Part shown: positions 16,780 to 27,140 of the stretch, piece after piece
Layout of the letters: each line of letters starts with the position of its first letter
Numbering within the stretch: the stretch's first letter is position 1
DNA from: a virus
Taxonomy: Duplodnaviria; Caudoviricetes
DNA length: 64,000 bases
IMG/VR virus record: IMGVR_UViG_3300031420_000495
Location: 32,001 to 96,000 of that record
Reading direction: 5' to 3' (one strand)
Position numbers and translations under genes: made by a program
The notes under the pieces: generated by a model
Seen by the model: only the letters and a program-made list of their open reading frames with translations
Database searches by the model: none
Told to the model about the DNA's origin: nothing

Positions 16780-17481
16780 ATGGAACAAATTTCGGAAGCA
16801 ACAACCGTTGGGGAGCAGAAGACCCGCGCAGCTGTGATGGTCGGTCGTATGAACCCGCCAACTGCTGGACACTACAAGGTGATCGACACCATGAAGGGCT
16901 TCATCCGGAAGAACCCGGACCTTCAACTCTCTGCGACTCCGATCGTCGTCATCGTTGACGGCGAGAAAACCTCGCAAGACAAGAAACACAATCCGCTCAC
17001 GGCTGAAGAACGCATCAAGTTCATGAGCAGTTCCGGTCGTGCCAACGGTGTGATCTTCATCACTGCGCCTTCGGCTTTCGCCGCTTTCGAAGAAGTTCGG
17101 AAAGCAGGATACGAACCGATCGCAGTCGCTGCAGGATCGGACCGCATTACGAAATACGTCGGGCTCCTGGACAAATACTACACCAAGGCCGATGGATCGA
17201 AAATCAAACACGTTGCGATCGGTCTTGAGCGTGCGGAAGAGAATTCCGGGACCAAGAAGGGTGGCGCGATGGAAAAGGCACTGGATTCGCTGAAGAGCGG
17301 TTCGGAGCTAGACGTGTCCGAAGTATCTGGATCGATGGCGAGGCGTGCTGTCGAGCTGGGATACGAAGAAGAATTCGCCCAGATCGTAGGTCTGGGAAAT
17401 AAACCGAAGCTGGCCAAGATGATGTTCGATAAGGTCAAAGCTTCAATGGGAGAACCTGATGTCACTGATAAAGGCACTTGA
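16780..17481 (+). CDS. Phage cytidylyltransferase-like (HIGH-superfamily) nucleotidyltransferase
   Basis: GRMNPPTAGH, K.NPL...ER, AGSDR and SGS.AR motifs. Confidence 0.8.
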   Translation: MEQISEATTVGEQKTRAAVMVGRMNPPTAGHYKVIDTMKGFIRKNPDLQLSATPIVVIVDGEKTSQDKKHNPLTAEERIKFMSSSGRANGVIFITAPSAFAAFEEVRKAGYEPIAVAAGSDRITKYVGLLDKYYTKADGSKIKHVAIGLERAEENSGTKKGGAMEKALDSLKSGSELDVSEVSGSMARRAVELGYEEEFAQIVGLGNKPKLAKMMFDKVKASMGEPDVTDKGT

Positions 17482-18424
17482 CAGCGGAATTTCGTCGGCT
17501 ACAAGTTATCTGGCGACCAACGTTTCGACGAAAGTTTCCGAGGCGGCATCGTCCTTGTTCGGCACCTTTGGTGGTGCTGGCAAGATGGACAAGATTGCCG
17601 CTCAAGCAAAAACATTCAAGCAAATGCAAGCTGATGAGGTTCTGAAAGGAACCTCAACGAACTCAGCTGTTTCTGCCGTAGCCAATGCAAATACGTCGAG
17701 TGGCGAACCCGCTGCGACCGCTTCTCAAGTCAAATCCGCAACTGGCATGACGAGCGAGCGAAGCCTGCACAAGGTGATGCTGTCAGAGAACGGGACGAAG
17801 AATACCGTTGTGTTCGAAGTCATGCCGGAAATTGTAGAGCAGCATACTGTTGAATACGAAGGCGTTGCGCCTCCACAATTCCCTGGTGCTTTCCAGAAGT
17901 ACAAGGGCAATTCCTCGACCTCCTGGCAGTTGAACGCAACGTTCATCTCCCGCAATGCACAGGAGGCAACGACCAATTACAACTTCCTGATGATGCTTCG
18001 CGGCTGGACGAAACCGTACTTCGGCGAACGCACTGCTGGACAGTTTGATAAAAAGCTAGGTGCACCTCCACCTGTCCTGACGATGAGGGGCTTGCGTGAC
18101 CTAGTTGGTCCTGTCCCTGTCGTCATCACGTCCCTGAACTGGACTTGGCCGAAAGATGTTGACTATATTCCAACGACTGTCAAAGGTTCGGATGGAAACT
18201 ACGTCCCATTCCCGACGATCCTGTCGGTTCCAATCCAGCTCGTTGAATCCTATTCGATCGACCAGTTCAACAACTTCAGTCTCAACGACTACCGCGCAGG
18301 CCGCATGACGGCTGCATTCAACCAGGATGCAAGTGTTGAATTGCCTGAAGAGATTATGCAACCTGCGCGCGCGGCAGAAGCCAAGGCGATTGCTGACGGT
18401 ATGCCTGGAGGTCCGCAATCATGA
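17459..18424 (+). CDS. Baseplate tail-tube initiator (gp48/gp54-like)
   Basis: Y.GNSS..W.L.ATF...GAPPPVL......GPVPVVITSL.W.WP.DVDY pattern; first gene of the baseplate block. Confidence 0.65.
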   Translation: MSLIKALDSGISSATSYLATNVSTKVSEAASSLFGTFGGAGKMDKIAAQAKTFKQMQADEVLKGTSTNSAVSAVANANTSSGEPAATASQVKSATGMTSERSLHKVMLSENGTKNTVVFEVMPEIVEQHTVEYEGVAPPQFPGAFQKYKGNSSTSWQLNATFISRNAQEATTNYNFLMMLRGWTKPYFGERTAGQFDKKLGAPPPVLTMRGLRDLVGPVPVVITSLNWTWPKDVDYIPTTVKGSDGNYVPFPTILSVPIQLVESYSIDQFNNFSLNDYRAGRMTAAFNQDASVELPEEIMQPARAAEAKAIADGMPGGPQS

Positions 18425-18795
18425 GCGAAAACAAGAACAGCGTCTTCCGACGCAAGACCCGTTACGTCAGCGGCGGCGTAACCGAAGTCAGCACGAATCG
18501 CCTGGAATGGTGGGAACGAAACGTTTTCACCTCAGGCGACAATGACACATTGTACACAATCGACCAGCGCACTCAGGGTCGTATCGACCTGATTGCTGCG
18601 ATGTTCCTGGGCGAACCGCGCCTATGGTGGGTCATTGCCCAGTATAACAAAATCCTCGATCCGTTTGCAGAAATCGTTGCAGGCGCTCAAATCTATATTC
18701 CATCCCCAGAAAGAGTAGATGCTTTGCTTAACGGTCGTCTAGGTGGTACGCCATCGACCCGCGAAACGAAGGTATCGATTCTTCCACTAGTCTAA
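18421..18795 (+). CDS. Baseplate wedge protein with LysM-like fold (gp53-like)
   Basis: GRIDLIA..FLG...LWWVIA.YN.I.DP.....G..I.IP. Confidence 0.8.
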   Translation: MSENKNSVFRRKTRYVSGGVTEVSTNRLEWWERNVFTSGDNDTLYTIDQRTQGRIDLIAAMFLGEPRLWWVIAQYNKILDPFAEIVAGAQIYIPSPERVDALLNGRLGGTPSTRETKVSILPLV

Positions 18796-18796
18796 T

Positions 18797-21022
18797 ATGC
18801 CAGCATACAAACTTTATAATCCCCTCGACAAGTTCGCGTCGTATTCTATTCATCACATTTTATTGGCATGCCGTACGACTGAATCGGCAAAAGTGTTTGT
18901 CGACGACAACATAACTGTCCAGCGAGAAACCCTCGATGCAATCGAGCGAGTCAAACAACTCGGCGATCCTGTACCTATTGGTGAAGGCAATGTGGCCTAT
19001 CTGGTGATTGACACCAGGCGTTTCTCCCAGTTCTCGGTCGATAAGCTGGAGTACGAAGTCTTCATCAACGGTGTCGAAAAGGCAGGATCGCATGGCAACC
19101 TCGCCACGAACCTGGACATGGTTGTCACCGATTCTGTTGGCATTTCATTCATCAACTTCATCCAGTGGCTGATGAACGAGAAGATGCAGACGAACTTCGA
19201 TGGCATGGTATTCATGCACCGCATGGTATTCGTCGGCCACAATCCTGATGGCTCGACTGAAACCGTCCAGTCCGTTACGATCCCGATGCACCTGTTCAAC
19301 ATGGAACTAAACCTTGAAGCACTCAAGGGAACCTACACGATGAAGTTCATGCCAAACATGAATTTCGACGTGAAGGCGCACCATCGTTGGCTGAACATCC
19401 ACAAGGCATCGAATTACTTCACGGGTGACAAGTCGACCAATACCCTCGGTGAAATCATCGATTCGTTTGAAACCCAGCTGAACAGAGTTTCCGAAGAGTA
19501 TTACAACACCGTCCACAAAGCGATGGTCGATGCCGGCCGCGTTACAGGTGATGGCCAATATGGCCGAAAGGTAACGTACCAGATCACGATTCCTGCTGAC
19601 TGGCGTCCGATGAAGGTCAAGGGTTCGAGTACTGGTAACGCGACGGAAATCAACTTCAAGAAGATGTTCGAGGACCAGGATGCGAAGAAGCAGGCTGACG
19701 CACAGAAACAAGCTGATGAAGCAGAGAAGCAACGACTCGAAGCCGCGCAGAAGGCTGCGAAAGAAAATGGCGGGGTTGTCAAGGTGGCTGGTACGCCACT
19801 GAATACCCACGTTTCCGTGGAGACCGATCGTCAGATTACGGAAGTACTGGACTTCATCTTCAGGCAAGTCCCGGAGATTGCTGATCTTGGTGCTGGCAAG
19901 AAAGACGCCAGCTCAGTTACTTTCTACAAACACTTCGTCGGTATCACCAGCAACAACCAGGAAATCTGCGTCCACGTTGACGTTGTGCCGTTCCGTGTTC
20001 CGAACCTCCTGGTCAACGGCACAGGCGGAAACAAGACCGACAACAATACCTCGGCTCCGGTCGCGAAAGACGATGACCAGTTCTACCAGGAGGTTGGTAA
20101 GGACCGTGCTCGCCGTCCACGCAACTACATGGAGTTCGATTACATTTTCACCGGGAAGAACAAGGACGTATTGGCGTTTGACCTGAAGTTCCAGGACTTG
20201 CAGTGGATGCTGGCGAGCCAGCTGAACATGGGCCTGGGTGTAGGCGGGGTGGTAGAAAACCAGCCGACCGGTACCAAGCCTGTCGAAGACGGAACGACGA
20301 AAGTCCAGGAACGAGCTGAACTCGTCCTGACTCGCCCGTACGATGCGATCCTGATGCCGAAGCAAACCGACAAAGAACTGAAGAACTTCAGCGATTACAC
20401 CAGTCTCCTCAGCAAGGATGACCAGCTGCGCGCGATCAAAACGTCCAACGACTACATGAAGAATCTGTCGATGTATTACGCGATGGCACCAATCACGGCC
20501 ATGATGACGATCCGCGGGAACCCGGACATCATGACGAAGTTCAACCAGAACAGTTTGCTGGACCATCCTGGCTCGGAGCCTGAACCACGTGCCGCGACTT
20601 CCACTACCACATCGAACACGACCAGCCGTCCTGTTGCAGACTACGGCCCGCATAGCAACTACCGGATCGAGTTTGAGCGTCGCATCCTGGATCAGAACTA
20701 CATCGATGGAACAAACGAACAGCAGTTCAATAACAATGGTGGCACGTTCGAGCTGGTAAAAACCCTGGGCTCCGCGAACTATGCGACGTCCCCGGTATTT
20801 GTCACGGTCAATGTGAATGGCCCGAACGTCAAGGATTATCCTGGTCAATCCATTGTTGAAGGCGATTTCGCCCGGAAGCTGCTGACGGACAACTACTACG
20901 TTGTGTTCCGGGTCAAGAACAAGATCGAAGGCAACATCTTCACGCAGGAACTTGAATTGTATTCGCACAACATCTTCAGCGCTGGAGCTACAAAAGCTGT
21001 CATTCCAACTACGGGGTCATGA
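18797..21022 (+). CDS. Baseplate hub protein (gp27-like)
   Basis: 741 aa between the gp53-like and gp5-like genes; I.GNP and Y.V..V......F.Q.L hub-like C-terminus. Confidence 0.6.
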   Translation: MPAYKLYNPLDKFASYSIHHILLACRTTESAKVFVDDNITVQRETLDAIERVKQLGDPVPIGEGNVAYLVIDTRRFSQFSVDKLEYEVFINGVEKAGSHGNLATNLDMVVTDSVGISFINFIQWLMNEKMQTNFDGMVFMHRMVFVGHNPDGSTETVQSVTIPMHLFNMELNLEALKGTYTMKFMPNMNFDVKAHHRWLNIHKASNYFTGDKSTNTLGEIIDSFETQLNRVSEEYYNTVHKAMVDAGRVTGDGQYGRKVTYQITIPADWRPMKVKGSSTGNATEINFKKMFEDQDAKKQADAQKQADEAEKQRLEAAQKAAKENGGVVKVAGTPLNTHVSVETDRQITEVLDFIFRQVPEIADLGAGKKDASSVTFYKHFVGITSNNQEICVHVDVVPFRVPNLLVNGTGGNKTDNNTSAPVAKDDDQFYQEVGKDRARRPRNYMEFDYIFTGKNKDVLAFDLKFQDLQWMLASQLNMGLGVGGVVENQPTGTKPVEDGTTKVQERAELVLTRPYDAILMPKQTDKELKNFSDYTSLLSKDDQLRAIKTSNDYMKNLSMYYAMAPITAMMTIRGNPDIMTKFNQNSLLDHPGSEPEPRAATSTTTSNTTSRPVADYGPHSNYRIEFERRILDQNYIDGTNEQQFNNNGGTFELVKTLGSANYATSPVFVTVNVNGPNVKDYPGQSIVEGDFARKLLTDNYYVVFRVKNKIEGNIFTQELELYSHNIFSAGATKAVIPTTGS

Positions 21023-22113
21023 TGCAATACAATATCGTTGAAGGAACAGTCCTCTCTACCAACGACCCACAGCAAATGGGTCGTGTCAAAGTCTGGTGCC
21101 CAGCAATCGACGGAGAAGATTACAACATTGATCTTCTCCCATGGGCGACGTACCTCTCGCCATTTGCCGGGCAAACGAACACCTATCCAGCCGGTGCATC
21201 AGGTATGCCGGCGGAAGGACTTCACTCGTACGGGTTCTGGGCGATTCCAAAGATCGGAGCCAGGGTCATCGTTGCCATGCTGTATGGTGACGTGAACCAA
21301 CGCGTTTACATGGGATCAATCTTTTCCGACCACGGCAACCGTTCTCTCCCTGTTGGCCGCATGCGTCCTGACATTGGCCCGATGCCTTTGACCGATACGC
21401 TCGATCCGGTGCAACCACAAGCCTCGCACCTTCGTACCCAGTTCGATGGGAAAGTCGATGCGCCTGAAGCGCAAACTCGAGGCGTGTATGAACGGTCCGT
21501 TGCACAGGGTGAAGACAATCGAAATGGTTCGCAGGGTTACCAGCAAGCAACTATCGGCCCAGACCTCGACCCACAGACGTATTGCCTGACAACACCAGGA
21601 CGCCATGCGATTATCTTCCAGGATAATCCTGCGACTGGCAGGCTCCGTCTCAAAACGGCTGATGGTCACCAGATCATTTTCGACGATGCCAATGAACGCA
21701 TCTATATGTCGACTTCGCACGGAAATTCCTGGATCGAAATGGATAAGGACGGGCACATCCACGTCTATGGTGGCGCATCCGTTTCCGTTTCTGCAGGCGA
21801 AGACATCAACCTCTCCGCAGGCGGCAATGTGAATATTGCAGGCAAGGATGTCAACATCTCTGCTTCAGGTCACGCAAGGATGTCCGCATGTGACGATGTT
21901 TCCATTTCCGGCAAGGTTGTAAATATCGAAAGCACTGGGAAGATGAACTTCCTGGCCGCTGCACCGATGGCACTGACTGCGCCAACCATCTCGATCAATG
22001 GCGCGAAAGCCTCGAATGCAGAATGCGCAGACAAACCGAGCATCACACCGAATCATGAACCATGGGAACGCCCGGCAACCAAGGGAACCCGCGGTAAAAA
22101 TTGGAAGAAATAA
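21019..22113 (+). CDS. gp5: Central spike protein (gp5/VgrG-like OB fold + beta-helix), no lysozyme domain
   Basis: DPQQMGRVKVWCP...PWA...GFWAIPKIGARV.V....GD, beta-repeats, C-terminal HEPW. Confidence 0.85.
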   Translation: MMQYNIVEGTVLSTNDPQQMGRVKVWCPAIDGEDYNIDLLPWATYLSPFAGQTNTYPAGASGMPAEGLHSYGFWAIPKIGARVIVAMLYGDVNQRVYMGSIFSDHGNRSLPVGRMRPDIGPMPLTDTLDPVQPQASHLRTQFDGKVDAPEAQTRGVYERSVAQGEDNRNGSQGYQQATIGPDLDPQTYCLTTPGRHAIIFQDNPATGRLRLKTADGHQIIFDDANERIYMSTSHGNSWIEMDKDGHIHVYGGASVSVSAGEDINLSAGGNVNIAGKDVNISASGHARMSACDDVSISGKVVNIESTGKMNFLAAAPMALTAPTISINGAKASNAECADKPSITPNHEPWERPATKGTRGKNWKK

Positions 22114-22487
22114 TGGCAACAACACCCTACGTCGGATTCTCTACATTCGGAAAGGACAGCAAAAGCTTTCAGCTCCACGGCAAAGAGCTGATTGTCCGCG
22201 ACCTGTTGAATCACATCTACACGCTGAAGGGCGAACGGGTCATGCTGCCTGACTTCGGCACCAGGATTCCGCTGATGGCATTCGAACCGCTGGACCAATT
22301 GACCTTGGCAGCGGTCGAAGAAGACTTGCGCGCGGTCATTGAATATGATCCCCGCGTTGAACTGATGGACATCGCTGTGCTGGCTTTGCCGGACAATAAC
22401 GCAATCGTCGCGCTACTTGACCTCAGCTATGTGGAACTCGGTGGCCCAGTTGAGACCCTACGTCTCGAATTTCCCGTTGGCTCATAA
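22113..22487 (+). CDS. gp25: Baseplate wedge subunit gp25 family
   Basis: DLLNHIYT.KGERVM.PDFGT.I....FEP....DPRV; TAATG coupling. Confidence 0.9.
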   Translation: MATTPYVGFSTFGKDSKSFQLHGKELIVRDLLNHIYTLKGERVMLPDFGTRIPLMAFEPLDQLTLAAVEEDLRAVIEYDPRVELMDIAVLALPDNNAIVALLDLSYVELGGPVETLRLEFPVGS

Positions 22488-22489
22488 CG

Positions 22490-22497
22490 TGTAAATA
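22490..22497 (+). promoter_or_regulatory. Late promoter TGTAAATA
   Basis: Between gp25 and gp6. Confidence 0.6.
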
Positions 22498-22522
22498 GAC
22501 CACTAACGCAACAGGACATTTA

Positions 22523-25500
22523 ATGGCACTTCGCACAACATATTCTGCAGAGACCTGGGAAAAGATTTACCAGGCCTTTTCTGAAGTCAGCTTCGTTTCG
22601 TATGACTTCGACAGCATCAAGCAGTCGCTGATAGATTATACCAGGACCTACTACCCGGAAGTTTTCAATGACTACATCGAGTCGTCTGAATACATCGCCA
22701 TGCTTGAAATGTTTGCGTACATCGCAGAACAGCTGGCGTACCGTGTCGATATGGTCGCACACGAAAACTTCATCACAACTGCCCAGCGTAAGCAATCGAT
22801 CCTGCGCCTGGCAAAGCTGATTTCCTACAAGGCAACGCGTAACATTCCTGTACGCGGTCTCGTCAAGATCAATTCCGTCACCACGTCCGAACGCGTCCTG
22901 GATTCCCGTGGTACCGACCTTGCCGGTTTGACAATTGTCTGGAACGATCCGAACAATGTCAATTGGAAAGAGCAGTTCATCCTGGTGATGAACCGGGTAC
23001 TGAACAACCGCTTCGGCCAACCATCGAAGACATTCCAGATTGGTGACGTCGTCATGGACCTGTACTCCCTGAAGAATTCCCCAGCATCCGCAAGGAATGG
23101 TGTCTTCCCGTTCACAGCTGCTGCAGGCCAAGATACTTACCCGATGGAAATCGTACCGGCCGACCTGGATGCAAACGGCCCGTTCGAACGTGAACCAGAC
23201 CTGACGTCACCGATGTCCCTGATCTATGCCAACGACGGTATTGGCGACGGCTCGGACTACACCGGATTCCTGGGTTATGTCAAGCAGGGTTCGCTCACCC
23301 GCATCGACTACAACATTGAAGACCGTCTGCCGGATCGCCGCATCGACTTCGACCCGCTGAACATCAACCACACCGACGTCTGGGTGCAGAAGATCGAGAA
23401 CGATCGCATTGCGGAACGTTGGACACAGGTTGACACAATCTCCGAACAGAATCTCGTCTTCAATGAACTCCGCGATACCCGCAAGAAGTTCGAGGTCGAC
23501 ACACGTGAATCGGACGCCATCACGGTTATCTTCGGCGATGGCGACTTCTCGGATATGCCGCAGGGTCTCTTTCGCTTCTGGATGCGTCAGTCGGCAAACC
23601 GTTCGATCGTTATCCAGAAGAACAAAGTGCAGGGTCAAACCTTTGGTTTCACCTACACCTCGACTGCTGGTAACACCGAATCCTGCTCGATGACCTTCAG
23701 CCTGACCACGACCCTGCAAAATGGTTCTGGTACAGAAACAATCGAGCACATCCGTCGTTCTGCGCCAGCAACATACTACGCCCAGAATCGTATGGTCAAT
23801 GGTCAGGATTACAACACGTACCTGCTGAAAGACCCATCGATTATCCGCGAGAAGGCAATCAACCGCACATTCGCTGGACAACCGAAACACATTGACTGGA
23901 ATGACGCATCCGGTACGTACGAGAATATCAAACTGTTTGGTGATGACGCCTCGATGCGTTACAGCCTCGGTCTTGAATCCCAGACAACCAGTGTGTCTGG
24001 ACAGGCACTGATCGACTCCGTCATCGAACCCCTGCTCAGCTCGTCCGGCGTCATCAACATGATGCTTCACATCTCTGCATCCGATCCGCTGATGCAGGGC
24101 GTTGTATCGTCTCCTCGTCGTAAGTTCATCGAGGATAACCGCGGTGGCAAGTACAATGCTTACGGCGGTTCTTTCGTATCAACAATTCTCGGCTCAACAG
24201 CCGATGGCTCCCTGAAGGAAAAGACCACGATTCAAGGTTTGATCGACCGTCACTGGTATGGCGAACCTCTTGAGTACGTGCTCGATGCGAATGGCCAGGT
24301 GATGGCTCGCATTCCAGACCCAGACCTGAATCCGAAAGATGACTCGCGCATCTATGCGGCAACAGTTCCCCGCACTATCGATGGTGTGAATAAGTTCCCA
24401 CCAGGCGACATCGGTTCGGGACTCCAACCAATCGCAGAACAAGATGACTTCGCACTTCGTTACCATCGCTACACGGCAATGATCGGTGACGGCAATATTG
24501 TCATCAATACCAATCCAGCATTCGCCACAATCCTGCCGAATGAAGTCTGGACAATCGAGGTAGCAGCGGATGGTAGGACCCTGTACGTACGATCGAATCT
24601 CCGTGGCACATTGCCAACGGGTTCAATCGGTGATGCGTACCAGCTGAAGTCCAGCACATCCTCGGACTCGACGCTCTTCTTCACTGTGACTTCTACGTCA
24701 CTCGAAGCAGGCGACTCTTTCATTCTGGAAACGAATGGCACGGCAACCTATCCGAAGCTTCGCTGCAAGGTGAACCTGAATGGTTGGTGGGAAGTTCTCG
24801 GCACTGGTAAGCTGAAGTATTACGAGGGCGGACAGCTGAAAGAAGGCGATGAACTCCTGTTCACGACCGACGATTCATCTGATGACCTGCGCCAACATGG
24901 CTGGATCATCTTCGTCCACAAGCTCCGTCAAGCGCCATCGAACAATATCATCGGGTACGAAGTGCATAACCGTACACTGAAACTGTCAGTCACTTCGCCA
25001 AACACGAAGTTCTGGTATAATTCCGTGAACCAGATTCTGGACAACGACACGAAGAACCGGGTGTATGACAACATTCGTATCCTCGGATCGAACTTCAATG
25101 CATCGGGCGAGCTGCTGAAGCAGGCTCAGAAGTACGACGTCATTGGTGCTGTCAAGGACAAAGACGGTATTGTTGACCTGCATTCGCTTGAAGTTGTGCC
25201 AACAGATCTTCTGCAGGAAGACGAGAGTGGTGACTTGGTTCCAGACCGTCTGCTACAATATGAAACATTCTCCGGCGGTGCTACACCATCGTACGAATAT
25301 TTCCGTCTGGATAATCCTACCTACATCTTCAAGGCAACCGATACCGCATTGATCGGTCAAGCAAAGGCGGCAAGTTGGACACCGGGTTCCTTCGTGGATC
25401 GTTCGCTCACGTACGGACGACGCCAGCGTATGCCGGCGGTTGGATCAGCGGATACCGGACTTGATTTCATGTGGCAACACTTCTCGCCATACACGAACAT

Positions 25501-26071
25501 CATCGACCCGTCCGTCACCAATATCCACGATGTGTATGTAATGACACGTGGTTACTATGACAACGTAATCAACTTTGTCCGTGGTCTCTCCCCGTATGCC
25601 CCGACTGCACCTACTCCGCTGGAACTCCGCAATGCGTACGGATACTTGCTGAACAACAAGATGCTGTCCGACACGGTCGTCCTGCATCCTGGCAAGATTC
25701 GTCTGCTCTTCGGTGGATTGGCTGAACCGCAACTCCGTGCAAGGTTCAAGGTTGTGCGTAGCCAGACCGGTACGCTCACCAATGAACGGATCAAGGAAGA
25801 AGTGTTGAACGTTATCAACACGTTCTTCGACATCGATGGTTGGGACTTCGGAGATACCTTCTATGCTACGAAACTGATTTCGTTGATTCACCAGCGTTTG
25901 CCAGCGGACATTGCATCCGTTGTGCTCGTGCCGGTATACTCGACGAACTCTTTCGGTTCATTGTTCACGGTGGAATCCGGCTTCGACGAGATTCTTCAGT
26001 CAGCTGCAGAACTGTCCGACATTGAAGTGGTCGAAGCATTGACCTCCAACGTTCTTCGCCAGTCGAAATAA
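22523..26071 (+). CDS. gp6: Baseplate wedge subunit gp6 family
   Basis: DFDSIKQSL..Y...F.D..ESS....L...AY......YR.D....ENF..TA.R..S...LA..I.Y; ETIE.IR..AP..Y..QNR.V...DY. Confidence 0.9.
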   Translation: MALRTTYSAETWEKIYQAFSEVSFVSYDFDSIKQSLIDYTRTYYPEVFNDYIESSEYIAMLEMFAYIAEQLAYRVDMVAHENFITTAQRKQSILRLAKLISYKATRNIPVRGLVKINSVTTSERVLDSRGTDLAGLTIVWNDPNNVNWKEQFILVMNRVLNNRFGQPSKTFQIGDVVMDLYSLKNSPASARNGVFPFTAAAGQDTYPMEIVPADLDANGPFEREPDLTSPMSLIYANDGIGDGSDYTGFLGYVKQGSLTRIDYNIEDRLPDRRIDFDPLNINHTDVWVQKIENDRIAERWTQVDTISEQNLVFNELRDTRKKFEVDTRESDAITVIFGDGDFSDMPQGLFRFWMRQSANRSIVIQKNKVQGQTFGFTYTSTAGNTESCSMTFSLTTTLQNGSGTETIEHIRRSAPATYYAQNRMVNGQDYNTYLLKDPSIIREKAINRTFAGQPKHIDWNDASGTYENIKLFGDDASMRYSLGLESQTTSVSGQALIDSVIEPLLSSSGVINMMLHISASDPLMQGVVSSPRRKFIEDNRGGKYNAYGGSFVSTILGSTADGSLKEKTTIQGLIDRHWYGEPLEYVLDANGQVMARIPDPDLNPKDDSRIYAATVPRTIDGVNKFPPGDIGSGLQPIAEQDDFALRYHRYTAMIGDGNIVINTNPAFATILPNEVWTIEVAADGRTLYVRSNLRGTLPTGSIGDAYQLKSSTSSDSTLFFTVTSTSLEAGDSFILETNGTATYPKLRCKVNLNGWWEVLGTGKLKYYEGGQLKEGDELLFTTDDSSDDLRQHGWIIFVHKLRQAPSNNIIGYEVHNRTLKLSVTSPNTKFWYNSVNQILDNDTKNRVYDNIRILGSNFNASGELLKQAQKYDVIGAVKDKDGIVDLHSLEVVPTDLLQEDESGDLVPDRLLQYETFSGGATPSYEYFRLDNPTYIFKATDTALIGQAKAASWTPGSFVDRSLTYGRRQRMPAVGSADTGLDFMWQHFSPYTNIIDPSVTNIHDVYVMTRGYYDNVINFVRGLSPYAPTAPTPLELRNAYGYLLNNKMLSDTVVLHPGKIRLLFGGLAEPQLRARFKVVRSQTGTLTNERIKEEVLNVINTFFDIDGWDFGDTFYATKLISLIHQRLPADIASVVLVPVYSTNSFGSLFTVESGFDEILQSAAELSDIEVVEALTSNVLRQSK

Positions 26072-26074
26072 TGG

Positions 26075-26129
26075 CATGCAATTCTCGGGTTGGTGCGTAG
26101 AATACACACATCTAACCCAACCCGAGAAT
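26075..26129 (+). promoter_or_regulatory. Early promoter (CATGCA-17-TAGAAT) inside a perfect 13-bp inverted repeat
   Basis: ATTCTCGGGTTGG 26081-26093 / CCAACCCGAGAAT 26117-26129; -10 lies in the loop. Confidence 0.65.
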
Positions 26130-26132
26130 AAA

Positions 26133-26471
26133 ATGAACGATCTGCACGTTGTCTTCAGCCGTAATTGCATGGTTGAGAAAAATCCCCAGCTGTTCTCCCT
26201 CGAAACCAAGACCTTCATCCCACTGCCGGAAGCGCTCGCCGAGTTCGACAACGGCACCGTTCTGAAGAAGAACGCAGACGGTACCTATGTCGAGAATCCG
26301 CTCACGGACGACGAGCGCGACGACTTCTCGGCTGACGAATCGATTCATGATGCTATGAACGATTACATCGTCAAGTCCTGCACCGGCGGCACGAACTACG
26401 ATGCCGCATGGTTCGCCTGCGACTTCAACCCGTTCATGGAAGCATTCACCACGTTCCACTTCGAGGTATAA
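26133..26471 (+). CDS. Hypothetical early protein (MNDLHVVF...)
   Basis: 112 aa with typical codon usage. Confidence 0.75.
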   Translation: MNDLHVVFSRNCMVEKNPQLFSLETKTFIPLPEALAEFDNGTVLKKNADGTYVENPLTDDERDDFSADESIHDAMNDYIVKSCTGGTNYDAAWFACDFNPFMEAFTTFHFEV

Positions 26472-26476
26472 AACCC

Positions 26477-26524
26477 TGTACAAACTCCGTAGTTGCCGGT
26501 ATAATGCATCCATCAACTACGGAG
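26477..26524 (+). promoter_or_regulatory. Early promoter (TGTACA-17-TATAAT) inside a perfect 11-bp inverted repeat covering the SD
   Basis: CTCCGTAGTTG 26485-26495 / CAACTACGGAG 26514-26524; -10 at 26500-26505. Confidence 0.75.
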
Positions 26525-26532
26525 CAGTCAAC

Positions 26533-26718
26533 ATGGAAGATACGCACAAGGATGTGATCGAGCTGCATGAAGCAGCAACGAAGCTGCTGAACCATCTCGA
26601 AGATGTGCTGGACGAAAAGAACTTCGACGCCATCTCCGCGAAGCTGTGGAACGATGTCAGCATGTTCCTCGTGATGCGCGGCATCAAGGTGGAAACTCCG
26701 AACATCAAGGAGGCGTGA
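26533..26718 (+). CDS. Small hypothetical protein (MEDTHKDV...)
   Basis: 61 aa; SD GGAG. Confidence 0.7.
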   Translation: MEDTHKDVIELHEAATKLLNHLEDVLDEKNFDAISAKLWNDVSMFLVMRGIKVETPNIKEA

Positions 26719-27140
26719 TGGGCCGTCGTAAAGGTTTGTACGTACACTACCAATACATCTCGCTGGAAGAGGGTCTTGCTGCAGTCAATGCAACCCTTCA
26801 CGAGAAGCCGAAAGCGAAACGTCACCGTGTTGGCGATTACGAGGTTCACACCACCGGTCTACGCCTTCGTGTCTTCGCCATCAAAGGCATCTGTTGCTAT
26901 CTCTGTGGGCTGGAAGCCACACAGTTCTCGATCGATGACATGCCGAACGGCCGTCAACCTCACATGAACCTGTGGGGCGAGAAGGATGGTAAACCAATGT
27001 TATTCACGCACGATCACGTCATCGACCGTGCCAAAGGTGGTGCAGATGCCATCGAGAATGCAGAACCTTGTTGCACGAATTGCAACTGGGAAAAGAATCT
27101 TCGCGAGAACTTCAGCCACGCATACAAGGGAAAAGCTTAA
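26718..27140 (+). CDS. HNH endonuclease
   Basis: CYLC...THDHVIDRAKGGAD.IEN...CC.NCN.EK; SD GGAGG; TGATG coupling. Confidence 0.85.
   Translation: MGRRKGLYVHYQYISLEEGLAAVNATLHEKPKAKRHRVGDYEVHTTGLRLRVFAIKGICCYLCGLEATQFSIDDMPNGRQPHMNLWGEKDGKPMLFTHDHVIDRAKGGADAIENAEPCCTNCNWEKNLRENFSHAYKGKA

Noticed and set aside
26718-27140. HNH gene as part of a group I intron or intein
   Set aside because: It is free-standing with its own SD, and no flanking gene is split.
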